Below are positions 27,001 through 38,746 of a stretch of DNA of 64,000 nt, piece after piece. Positions within the stretch are counted from its first letter, which is position 1; the number at the start of each line of letters is the position of its first letter. Origin of the DNA: Anaeramoeba ignava BMAN (taxonomy: Eukaryota; Protista; Anaeramoebae); assembly GCA_028826165.1 (NCBI GenBank), contig JAPDFW010000059.1, positions 1,736,927-1,800,926 of the forward strand. Reading direction: 5' to 3'. The notes beneath the pieces are model-generated. The model was not told where the DNA came from and did no database searches. It worked only from the letters and a program-made list of their open reading frames with translations. Both the position numbers and the translations under genes were made by a program.

Positions 27001-30000
27001 AAAATTGATTTTAAATTGATTTTTAAATTGATTTTTAAATTGGTTTTAAATTGATTTTAAAATTGGTTTTTAAATTGATTTTAAATTGATTTTTAAATTG
27101 ATTTTTTAAATTGATTTTTTAAATTGGATTTTAAATTGGTTTTTAAATTGATTTTTAAATTGATTTTTAAATTGATTTTAAATTTTTTTAAATTGGTTTT
27201 AAAATTATTTTTAAATTTTAAATTGATTTTAAATTGATTTTTAAATTGGTTTTAAATTGGTTTTTAAATTGATTTTAAATTGATTTTTAAATTGGTTTTA
27301 AATTGGTTTTAAATTGATTTTAAATTGATTTTAAATTGGATTTTAAATTGGTTTTAAATTGATTTTAAATTGATTTTAAATTGGTTTTTAAATTGATTTT
27401 AAATTGATTTTAAATTGATTTTTAAATTGATTTTAAATTGGTTTTAAATTGATTTTAAATTGATTTTTAAATTGGTTTTAAATTGATTTTAAATTGATTT
27501 TAAATTTGGTTTTTAAATTGATTTTTAAATTGATTTTAAATTGATTTTAAATTGATTTTAAATTGGTTTTTAAATTGATTTTAAATTGATTTTAAATTGA
27601 TTTTAAATTGATTTTAAATTGATTTTTAAATTGGTTTTAAATTGGTTTTAAATTGATTTTTAAATTGATTTTAAATTGATTTTAAATTGATTTTAAATTG
27701 ATTTTAAAATTGTTTTTAAATTGATTTTAAAATTTTTTAAATTGATTTTAAATTGGTTTTGATTTTAAATTGGTTTTTTTGATTTTAAATTGATTTTAAA
27801 TTGATTTTAAATTTTTTTAAATTTTTTAAATTGATTTTAAATTGATTTTAAATTGGTTTTTTTAAATTGATTTTTTTAAATTGGTTTTTAAATTGATTTT
27901 TAAATTGGTTTTAAATTGATTTTAAATTTTGATTTTTAAATTGATTTTAAATTGATTTTAAATTGGTTTTTAAATTGATTTTAAATTTTTTTTAAATGAT
28001 TTTTTTTTTAAATTGATTTTTAAATTTTAAATTGATTTTAAATTGATTTTAAAAATTGATTTTTAAATTGGTTTTAAATTGATTTTAAAAATTGATTTTA
28101 AATTGATTTTAAATTGGTTTTAAATTGATTTTAAATTGGTTTTAAATTGATTTTAAATTGATTTTAAATTGGTTTTAAATTGATTTTAAATTGATTTTAA
28201 ATTGTTTTTAAATTGATTTTAAATTTATTTTAAATTGATTTTAAATTGATTTTAAAATTTTTTGTGATTTTTAAATTGATTTTAAATTGGGGGGATTTTT
28301 TAAAATTGGTTTTAAATTGATTTTTAAATTGATTTTAAATTGATTTTAAATTGATTTTAAATTGGTTTTAAATTGATTTTAAATTGATTTTAAATTGGTT
28401 TTTAAATTGATTTTAAATTGGTTTTAAATTGGTTTTTAAATTGATTTTAAATTGATTTTAAATTGGTTTTAAATTGATTTTAAATTGATTTTAAATTGGT
28501 TTTTAAATTGATTTTAAATTGGTTTTTAAAAAATTGGTTTTAAATTGATTTTTTTAAATTGGTTTTAAATTGATTTTAAATTGGTTTTTAAATGGTTTTA
28601 AATTGATTTTAAATTGGATTTTAAATTGGTTTTAAATTGGTTTTAAATTGGTTTTAAATTGATTTTAAATTGATTTTAAATTGGATTTTAAATTGGTTTT
28701 TAATTGGTTTTAAATTGGATTTTAAATTGGATTTTTAAATTGATTTTAAATTGATTTTGAACTAATTTTCGTGTTAGATTTATCCACTCTTTTGCATTTT
28801 TTCGGAATTGTTTGAATTTATTAGTTTTCCACCCCTTTTTATTTGGATTTTAATCGAGTTTATTGTAGTTAAAATGTAGGATTATTGATTTTTTTGTAGA
28901 AATGATATTAAAAAGTGGAAATAATTGGATATTTTTCGGAAATCTTTTTGCAAAATGAGAAGCGAAAAGATTGGCATGCAATCGAATTAAAAATGAAAAC
29001 CGAAAATGAATGAGTTCAAATATTTTATATTTCCAAGAAGGGAAATGAAAAATGAAAAATGAAAAATAAGCTAACAAAGCCAACAGAAAAAAATTTTTTT
29101 TATCATTTTTTATCATTTTTTTTCTTCTTTTTTAAGTTTTGTATGCAAAATCGATCAAATTGCTGGTTTTCAAGCGCCAATAACTATATAGAACATATAT
29201 ATTCAGAAAAGAGTTATGGAGGTGTTCAAGTATGTGCTAGCTGTTGGGCAAAACTAATCAAAAAGGTATTAAAAAATTTTCCTGTTCAGATAAAAATGAA
29301 TATCACAACGAAAAATAGCAATCATCTCGATTTTTGAGGGAAGCATGAATGAAACTTTTTTTTTCATGTATTCATGCCTCTTCATCACTTTTTGTTTTTC
29401 AAAATCAAGAAATAAATGAAAAACCAAAATTCAATTTTTTGATTCTTAATGAAAAAGGGTTGGATTTCCCATGAATTTTAATAATGATCTAAGTTGATTT
29501 TTCTTGAAAAAAAATACGCAAAACAATGGCCATTGGGGAATCAATAAATAAAAATATGAGAGGGAGAAAGAAAACAACCAGGAGAAAAAAAAATTTTTTT
29601 TCATAAATAACAAAAAAATATTAAAATATAAGTTCAATCTAACCAAAACTCATTTATACTAAAAATTTTTACTTTTTTATTTATTTAGTTAAAAGAAAAT
29701 GAAAAACTAAAACAATTGGAAAAATGCCAAGCTGATCTGGAAAAGGCCAAAGAAAAAATCATATGGTTAAAAGGAGAATTAAGAAAAAATAAATATCAAA
29801 AAAACGAAAAAATCAAAGAAAATAAGCGCCTCGATAGACAAATTGAAATAAAAACTAATTATAGTAAAAAGCTCCTCGAAACCAAAAAAAAATTATCGGA
29901 AAAAAACCAAGATCTTAAAAAAAAAAAAAAAAAAATCGCAAATGAATTGGAGAAAACAAAAAAAGAAATTGGAACAACAGAAAACCCCTTGATCGTGGAG

Positions 30001-33000
30001 TTACGACAAGAAAAAGACAAAAGAATGTATGAAGATTCTTATAGTAAGATTGTTTCACAAGTTGCTTGTTTCACACTTTCTCAAACGGCTGCTGCGGAAA
30101 GTATGAAGGCTTTCTTGTATTGGATTGAGGATTTTTTATTTGAGAAATATAAATTCTCAATAAATATCGAACCCAAAACGTTACACGCCCAAACCGTAGC
30201 GGAATTTATCAAAGACTCAGCTTTCAAATTAGACCTTGTAACAAAAGAGGCTTTGAGAAGAACAAAATATTGGGCAATTGCCGTGGATGAAACAAAACGA
30301 TACCAAATTCGTTTACTTGCAATTGTAATTTGGATAAGAGCGACAAAACAAAATAATGAAAATAATGAAAATGAAAATAATGAAAATAATGAAAATAATG
30401 AAAATAATGAAAATAATGAAAATAATGAAAATGAAAATATTATTGAAAATAATGAAAATGAAAATATTATTGAAAATAATGAAAATGAAAATAATATTGA
30501 AAATAATGAAAATGAAAATAATATTGAAAATAATAAAAATAATATTGAAAATAATATTGAAAATAATGAAAATGAAAATAATATTGAAAATAATATTGAA
30601 AATAATATTGAAAATAATATTGAAAATGAAAATAATATTGAAAGTAATATTGAAAATAATGAAAATAATGAAAATAACGATCCAAATAAAAAAATTAAAA
30701 AAACTTTGTGGAAAAGAGGAAAAAAAAAGTTTTTCATGGTATCAAGAAAAATGGTACCCAGAGTTATTGCTGTATGTGAAATATCAAAGGGGGATGCGAA
30801 AGCCATTTTTAACAAAATAACAAAGGCTATAGAAGAAATTATGAAACAAGGAATGAATAATGATGAGACTCTAGATCTCAATGATATTTATGCCAAATGC
30901 ACTTATTTCTTATCAGATAATTGTGTAACAATGATTGGAAAACTTGGTGGTCTCGCCAAACTGATAGGAGATTATATAAATTCAATTAAAAATAATGAAA
31001 GTTTTTTACAAGTTGGGTGTTTAGAGCATCAGGGAAATCTGATTTATGCTCATTTTTCGTTGACCATTTTTCCTTCTGATTCTCGACAAATGAACAAATT
31101 TTTCAAATTAGCTCAGCTTACTTCTACTCAACTGAATAAAAATGGAGCTTTTCAGGCCTGGTTATTATTAAAATTTGAAACCAGAAATCTTGAAGGACCT
31201 CGTGTTTCCGCTACAAGATTTGGGACTGAAGCCATTCAATTTTGTTCTTTGTTGTCGTTTTACCCGAATATGATTGAGTGGGTGGAAGAGAATACGGACA
31301 CGAAATCAGATGAGATTCTTGAACTCTTGTTAGATTATAAGTTTTCATTTTCTGTTTTGATTATCGGTATCTCGTGGCTCGTTTGGTATGGGTCATTTAT
31401 TACTCAGATCAATCAAGAGATGAAAGTATGTGAATTGGAGAATATTATCAATGAATTAATTGGTCAAGGAGAAAAAATCGCAAATATTGAAGAAAATTTT
31501 TTCGATAAATTTGTGGGCATGTTCAAAAACACTAAAAAAGTGGAAAAAGAAGTTGGAATATTAAAAGCACTTTGGGATGAAGGAGAAATGAAATTAAAGA
31601 AATTGAGAAAAGAAAAAAATATGGAATACGATAAATTGGAAATTGAAAGAAAAATAGTCTGTACATTTGGCCAAAAATTTTCAGGAGTTTTTAAGGATTT
31701 TTCAAAAAATCTGATCCAAATGCCTGACTTAGTGGATAAAAATCAACTGATTGTACCATCCAACAAATTTGTAGAAGGGATTTTTTCAAATTGTGAAAGG
31801 CAGATGAGTAAAGGCCTGCATATGAAAAATAAAAATTTAGATAGCGCTCTCAAAAATAGCCAGTATCACCGTGATCAAAAAGACGGGATATTTACCGATT
31901 TGTACGACACTGTAGAAAAAAATTCGGGAAGGAAATCAAGAAATAAGATGAGAAGACAAAGTGAGGATTCACAAGTTTTTTTAGAAAGGGATAAAATAAA
32001 TGAGGAAAAATTAAAAATTCAAATGGAAAAAGAAAAGGAAAATGTCAGGAAGATAGCAAATTCTCAAAAAGGTCAAAACTCAAAAGATAAGAATCAACAA
32101 AAGATGCCCAAATCTCAAAAAATGGAGAAGAAAAAAAGAAAAGAGAATTCTGACGCCCTTGGTTTGGACCAACTCAATGACCAAATTAATGAATTTAGTT
32201 CTCAAATAGGAAGAAGACGAATAACCCGCTCTTTCTCTCAATCCCAAAGAACTTTAGCAATCACTGAGAGCAAGAAGGAATCCACAAATAATTTGTGAGC
32301 ATTTTAAACACTCTGAGTTTCCATTCAAGGCTCAAAAAAGAAAGAGGAATGCCTGATTAAGATTTCTTGATCTTCTTGGCAATTTTGAATCGAAAACAGT
32401 GAATAACCCAGAGAATGAGATTCGTTGCTTCATTGAAGGAATAATCTTGGCGTAAAGAAATGGTTATAAGACGATTAGATTGTAAAAAAGATCAAGAGAA
32501 AATTCTGATAATTGAAATGAAATCTACTCATAGTTTCACTTCCCACCTTGAATTCGCAACTCCACATGCTATAATGAGAATCATCAAATCAGCTATCCAA
32601 TAATCCATCTCAATCATCCGATAGAACCTTTTTCGTCTCACAAAAATTATGCTGAATCTCCCCAAAAGAAAATTCTCTTCTCCAAAAGTAATTCTTTAGA
32701 GAAGGAAAAAAATATTCAATGTTTTTGAGTTTACATCCTGGAATCAGAAGATGAAATTAGCAAATGAGATTCATAAAAAAGGATTTCCTTGAGATTCAAA
32801 GCAGCATCACTTTATCAAATCAATATCAAAAAAGGCTCAAGTTCATCTGAATTGCCCCTCTCAGCAATTGATCATTCATGACTAGTCGTGTAATCCCATA
32901 AATGGACATATGAGGGTCTTGTATAATGGAAAATAAAAGATTTTTTTGAAACAATATTGCTTGCCAATAGTCCACTCAAGGTACTACTGAAAAAAAAAAT

Positions 33001-36000
33001 AAAACAAGAATATTTCTTCCTAATTAGAAAGTATTTTTCCAGGATATACAGCCAAAAGCCAATAATTCATTGATTCAAATCTTCTCAATTGTCTTAAAGG
33101 GATGATAGATGAAAAAAAATGTAATTCATTTTTATTAAAGGAAAAATGGTGATGGGAGAACTCTTTATCAGATGTAATGCAATTCACAGTGAATTATTCT
33201 TCGTTTAAAAAAAGATTATGTCCTTTAATGCTTGATGAAAATGTAGTTAAAATACAAGCAACCTGCTAATATAATTCCAAGAAAATGTTCAAATAAAGGA
33301 AAGAGGTGTTATCTATTGAAGAAGATGAAAAGGTATTTTTTTTATCCAATATCATTCACTACTCCTACTTGGTACAAATCTGTCTTCGTTTTGAGAATTG
33401 AAAAATGGAGAACCTCATGTTTCATAACTAATCAAGTCTCCCAATTTAAACAGAAAACAATGAATTTGGGGATTTCCTCATTTCAGATGAGATATTCCTT
33501 TTTCTAAAATGTCAATTTCCCCCCTTATTATTAATCAACTTTGTTACAAGCGACTTGTTTAATCCCAAATTTTCTGGGATATACAAAAATTCAGAAAATT
33601 GCCATTAAGATGAAAATATTTTTTTAGATGGAAACCAATAATATATAGCACTTTGACCCTTCGACTACTTGATTCTTTGACTCTTTGACCCTTTTACTCT
33701 TTTACTCTTTGATTCTTTGATTCTTTGATTCTTTGATTCTTTTATTCTTTTATTCTTTGATTCTTTGATTCTTTGATTCTTTGATTCTTTGATTCTTTGA
33801 TTCTTTGATTCTTTGATTCTTTTACTCTTTGGTTCTTTGATTCTTTGACTCTTTAATTCTTTGATTCTTTGATTCTTTGATTCTTTGATTCTTTGATTCT
33901 TTGATTCTTTGATTCTTTGATTCTTTGATTCTTTGATTCTTTGATTCTTTGATTCTTTGATTCTTTGATTCTTTGATTCTTTAATTCTTTTACTCTTTGA
34001 CTCTTTGATTCTTTGATTCTTTGATTCTTTTACTCTTTGACTCTTTGACTCTTTGATTCTTTGATTCTTTGATTCTTTTGATTCTTTTACTCTTTGATTC
34101 TTTGACTCTTTGATTCTTTGATTCTTTTGACTCTTTGATTCTTTGATTCTTTGATTCTTTAATTCTTTTATTCTTTAATTCTTTGATTCTTTGATTCTTT
34201 GATTCTTTGATTCTTTGATTCTTTGATTCTTTGACTCTTTGATTCTTTGATTCTTTGACTCTTTGATTCTTTGATTCTTTTGATTCTTTGATTCTTTGAT
34301 TCTTTGATTCTTTGATTCTTTGATTATTTGATTCTTTTGATTCTTTGATTCTTTGATTCTTTGACTCTTTGATTCTTTGACTCTTTGATTCTTTGACTCT
34401 TTGATTCTTTAATTCTTTGATTCTTTGATTCTTTTACTCTTTGATTCTTTGATTCTTTGATTCTTTGATTCTTTGATTCTTTGATTCTTTGATTCTTTGA
34501 TTCTTTGATTCTTTGATTCTTTTACTCTTTGACTCTTTGACTCTTTAATTCTTTGATTCTTTGATTCTTCGATTCTTTGACTCTTTGATTCTTTGACTTT
34601 TTGATTATTTTATTTTTTAATTCTTTGACTCTTTGATTCTTTGATTCTTTGACTCTTTGACTCTTTGATTCTTTGATTCTTTGATTCTTTGATTCTTTAC
34701 TCTTTGATTCTTTGATTCTTTGATTCTTTGACTCTTTGATTCTTTGATTCTTTGATTCTTTGATTCTTTGATTCTTTGATTCTTTGATTCTTTGATTCTT
34801 TGATTCTTTGATTCTTTTGACTCTTTGATTCTTTGATTCTTTTGATTCTTTTGATTCTTTTGACTCTTTGATTCTTTTGATTCTTTGATTCTTTTGATTC
34901 TTTGATTCTTTGATTCTTTGACTCTTTGATTATTTGATTCTTTGATTCTTTTACTCTTTGACTCTTTGATTCTTTGATTCTTTGATTCTTTGATTCTTTG
35001 ATTCTTTGATTCTTTGATTCTTTGATTCTTTGATTCTTTGATTCTTTGATTCTTTGACTCTTTGATTCTTTGATTCTTTGATTCTTTGACTCTTTGATTA
35101 TTTTTGATTTTTATTCTTTGATTCTTTGATTCTTTTATTCTTTGACTCTTTGATTCTTTGACTCTTTGATTATTTGATTCTTCGATTCTTTGACTCTTTG
35201 ACTCTTTGATTCTTTGACTCTTTAATTCTTTGATTATTCGATTCTTTTACTCTTTGACTCTTTGATTCTTTGACTCTTTGATTCTTTGATTCTTTTACTC
35301 TTTGACTCTTTGATTCTTTTACTCTTTGACTCTTTGATTAATTCTTTGATTCTTTCGATTCTTTTACTCTTTGACTCTTTGACTCTTTGATTCTTTGACT
35401 CTTTGATTCTTTGATTCTTTGACTTTTTGATTATTTTATTTTTTAATTCTTTGACTCTTTGATTCTTTTACTCTTTGACTCTTTGACTCTTTGACTCTTT
35501 GATTATTTGATTCTTCGATTCTTTTACTCTTTGACTCTTTGATTCTTTGACTCTTTGATTCTTTGATTATTTTATTTTTTAATTCTTTGACTCTTTAATT
35601 CTTTGACTCTTTAATTCTTTGACTCTTTGATTCTTTCACTCTTTGACTCTTTAATTCTTTGACTCTTTGATTCTTCGATTCTTTGACTCTTTGACTCTTT
35701 GATTATTTGACTCTTTGATTATTTTATTTTTTAATTCTTTGATTTCGGAAATTTGTCTCAATGGATGAGTGAGTGAAAGGGCGAGTAAGTAAGTGAGTAA
35801 GGGAAAGGGTTGGTGAGTAAGTGAGCAAGGGAAAGGGTGAGCGAGATCGGGTTCTGTTCCAAATTTGTTTCGGAATAGGGGAATTTCAAGGTTTGGGTTT
35901 GAATTTTGAAAATTTCCATTTGAAAAGATTCATTTTTTTTTTGTTTGGGGAAGTTAGTGATTATTTTGAAATTTGTTTTTTTTTGAGATTCTAAAAGGAA

Positions 36001-38666
36001 GGTGGATCGAAATTTCATAAATCAGAACAAGACCCTCTCTAAACCCCAATTTATGAACGATTTTTTCAAAAGCATTCGTGCATTTTTTTTCTCCAAAACG
36101 ATATTACTCCTGTTTATATCTTTGAGACCACCAATGAATTCCAATTTTCCTTTGAGTTGTATTAACAAATTTCTTTTCGCATCCCCTAAATTCATCTGGC
36201 AATTGCCCAATATTTATTACAAGAAATTAAATTGCGAACTTTGTGCATAATTGATTTGAAAAGAAAAAAAGAAAAAAAAAGAAAAAAACCAAAATTTGGG
36301 TACATTCTTGGGTATTCTTTGTAACTCTTTCTGATGAATATGCTTTTTCAAAAAACAAATCTTTCATCTTTTTCTTTTTCTTTTTTTTGTTTTTGTTTTT
36401 GTTTTTGTTTTTGTTTTTGTTTTTGTTTTTGTTTTTGTTTTTGTTTTTGTTTTTGTTTTTCTCAATCAATAAAGTTTGCGAAAACCTTTTTTTAACCAAC
36501 TCAAAAAAGCATTTTGAAAAAACTCACAATTTGAAAGAGAAGATCAAATGAAAAAACATTTTTCTTGATCAGAGAAAACAAAACGAACACTTTTTTGGGA
36601 AAATATAATTGGAGGATATTATAAATTTTGGTAATTTGGGAATAAATGATGGAAAAAGAGATCCAAAAAGCAAAAAGAAGTTCCTTCAAATATAAAAAAA
36701 ATCAATAAAGGAAACAAGGAATTTGAACCAAAAAGTCAAAATTTAACACAAAGATAAAAAATTTAAAATTAATTCTGTTGTAAAATGATTGCTCTCATTA
36801 CGGAAAAGAACATGATCCAACTTTGTGATTTTTTTTCCAAATAGAAAGGAAAAATGTACCGAAAGAAGAGTAAAATCAAAAACAAGAAAAACTTTTCTTT
36901 TTGGTTGTTGATAAATACACCAGAAAAGATATGAATTTATAAACAAAGAGATGAATCAAAAAAAAAAGTAAGTGATTTATAAATGAAAAAAAAAAGGAGA
37001 AAAATTAAAAATTCTTTAATTAATTTTTTTTGTTGTTAATGCGAATTTTTCTAATTCAAAAATTTTTTCTTTTAAAAAAAAAAATTTCACTAGATATTCC
37101 TTGCTTTAAAATTTTATTATAAATTTTGTTATAAATTTTGTTATAAATTTTGTTTTAAATTTTGTTATAAATTTTGTTTTAAATTTTATTATAAATTTTA
37201 TTATAAATTTTGTTATAAATTTTATTATAAATTTTGTTATAAATTTTATTATAAATTTTATTTTAAATTTTATTATAAATTTTATTATAAATTTTATTAT
37301 AAATTTTGTTTTAAATTTTATTATAAATTTTATTATAAATTTTATTATAAATTTTGTTTTAAATTTTATTATAAATTTTATTATAAATTTTGTTATAAAT
37401 TTTATTATAAATTTTGTTATAAATTTTATTATAAATTTTTGTTATAAATTTTGTTTTAAATTTTTGTTATAAATTTTATTTTAAATTTTGTTATAAATTT
37501 TGTTATAAATTTTATTATAAATTTTTGTTTTAAATTTTGTTATAAATTTTATTATAAATTTTGTTTTAAATTTTTATTTTAAATTGTTTTAAATTTTATT
37601 TTAAATTTTATTATAAATTTTATTATAAATTTTATTATAAATTTTGTTATAAATTTTATTATAAATTTTATTTTAAATTTTATTATAAATTTTATTATAA
37701 ATTTTATTATAAATTTTATTATAAATTTTATTATAAATTTTATTATAAATTTTATTATAAATTTTAATTATAAATTTTATTTTTAAATTTTATTATAAAT
37801 TTTATTATAAATTTTATTATAAATTTTGTTATAAATTTTATTATAAATTTTATTATAAATTTTATTATAAATTTTATTATAAATTTTATTATAAATTTTA
37901 TTATAAATTTTATTATAAATTTTATTATAAATTTTGTTATAAATTTTATTATAAATTTTATTATAAATTTTATTATAAATTTTATTATAAATTTTATTAT
38001 AAATTTTGTTATAAATTTTTTATTATAAATTTTATTATAAATTTTATTATAAATTTTGTTATAAATTTTATTATAAATTTTATTATAAATTTTATTATAA
38101 ATTTTATTATAAATTTTATTATAAATTTTATTATAAATTTTATTTTAAATTTTGTTATAAATTTTGTTATAAATTTTGTTATAAATTTTATTATAAATTT
38201 AATTATAAATTTTGTTTTTAAATTTTGTTATGAATTTTATTATAAATTTTGTTATAAATTTTATTATAAATTTTTATTATAAATTTTGTTATAAATTTTA
38301 TTTTAAATTTTATTATAAATTTTGTTTTAAATTTTGTTATAAATTTTATTTTGAATTTTGTTATAAATTTTATTATAAATTTTATTATAAATTTTATTAT
38401 AAATTTTATTATAAATTTTATTATAAATTTTGTTTTAAATTTTATTATAAATTTTGTTATAAATTTTGTTATAAATTTTGTTATAAATTTTGTTATAAAT
38501 TTTGTTTTAAATTTTATTATAAATTTTATTATAAATTTTGTTATAAATTTTGTTTTAAATTTTGTTATAAATTTTATTTTAAATTTTGTTATAAATTTTA
38601 TTTTAAATTTTTACCAACTGCTCCTAAAATCATTGATGCTCGATAATTTTCAACTAAATCTTCCAT
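18097..38666 (-). CDS. ADP-ribosylarginine hydrolase (ARH1/ADPRH-like); exons 38666-38615, 19985-19840, 19614-19232, 18769-18097
   Basis: Spliced product [18 protein letters not shown]|[12 protein letters not shown]...KWRVSDDT|VMMIATAEG...GRAPG...GGCGAA|MR...[11 protein letters not shown]...[14 protein letters not shown]...GDSDS. All three introns are GT..AG and phase-consistent. Confidence 0.9.
18780..19830. repeat. (TTTTAA)n microsatellites filling ARH introns 3 (18770-19231) and 2 (19615-19839)
   Basis: Directly visible on either side of exon 3. Confidence 0.85.
19990..20390. repeat. 12-bp satellite (AAATTTT[A/G]TT[A/T]T)n, left part of ARH intron 1
   Basis: Same unit resumes at 37109-38612 on the other side of the insertion. 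Confidence 0.9.
20391..20491 (+). repeat. Left imperfect terminal inverted repeat
   Basis: 15-bp perfect terminal match plus an inner block, inverted relative to 36993-37108. Confidence 0.88.
20950..21033. other. GC-rich imperfect long hairpin near the transposon left end
   Basis: GAAAGGTTCGAATGATTGACATCTCGTCA pairs with TGACTCGATTGTCATCATCCGAACCTTTC; inner CCGC..GCGG stem. Confidence 0.7.
21305..28760. repeat. ~7.4-kb satellite of 11-12-bp units (TTTTAAATTG[A/G])n inside the transposon
   Basis: Directly visible. Confidence 0.95.
29137..32298 (+). CDS. hAT-like DDE transposase (main exon 29689-32298; probable upstream Cys-rich exon 29137-29265; true start unresolved)
   Basis: WAIAVDET (D1), [12 protein letters not shown] (D2), GCLEHQGNL (CxxH), ATRF (at the hAT RW position), [11 protein letters not shown] (E). 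A phase-0 GT(29266)..AG(29688) intron joins FCMQNRSNC...[12 protein letters not shown] in frame. Confidence 0.82.
30352..30680 (+). repeat. Coding (AAT/GAA/ATT) repeat giving an Asn/Glu tract of about 110 aa inside the transposase
   Basis: NNENNENE...NIENN in the ORF translation. Confidence 0.9.
33652..35742. repeat. ~2.1-kb 8-bp satellite (CTTTGATT/CTTTGACT)n inside the transposon
   Basis: Directly visible. Confidence 0.95.
36993..37108 (-). repeat. Right imperfect terminal inverted repeat
   Basis: Ends ...TCACTAGATATTCCTTGCTTTA, the inverse of the left end. Confidence 0.88.
37109..38612. repeat. 12-bp satellite (AAATTTTATTAT)n, right part of ARH intron 1
   Basis: Same unit as 19990-20390. 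Confidence 0.9.
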
Positions 38667-38746
38667 TATAATTTTAAAAAAAATTAAAAAAGGAAAAAAA
38701 TGAAAATTATTTTTTTAAATTTTTTTTTTTCATTTTTTATTTCAAA

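Larger units (their letters stand above)
20391..37108 (+). mobile_element. Giant (16,718 bp) hAT-like DNA transposon
   Basis: Left end TAAAGCAAGGAATATTTAAGTGA; right end (reverse complement) TAAAGCAAGGAATATCTAGTGA. A second inverted block TTCGCATTA[G/A]CAACAAAAAAATTAATTAAAGAA..TTTTCTCCTTT follows. 8-bp direct repeat AAATTTTA at 20383-20390 and 37109-37116. Termini fit the hAT YARNG consensus. Internal DDE transposase. Confidence 0.88.

Noticed and set aside
21305-28760. Telomeric repeat or CRISPR-like array (e.g. TTAGGG near 25127, G-rich blips at 23778 and 28289)
   Set aside because: Isolated variants inside a noisy satellite; no tandem telomere unit and no repeat-spacer structure.
35758-36946. 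Short ORFs near the transposon right end
   Set aside because: 60-90 aa, low complexity, no recognisable motifs.
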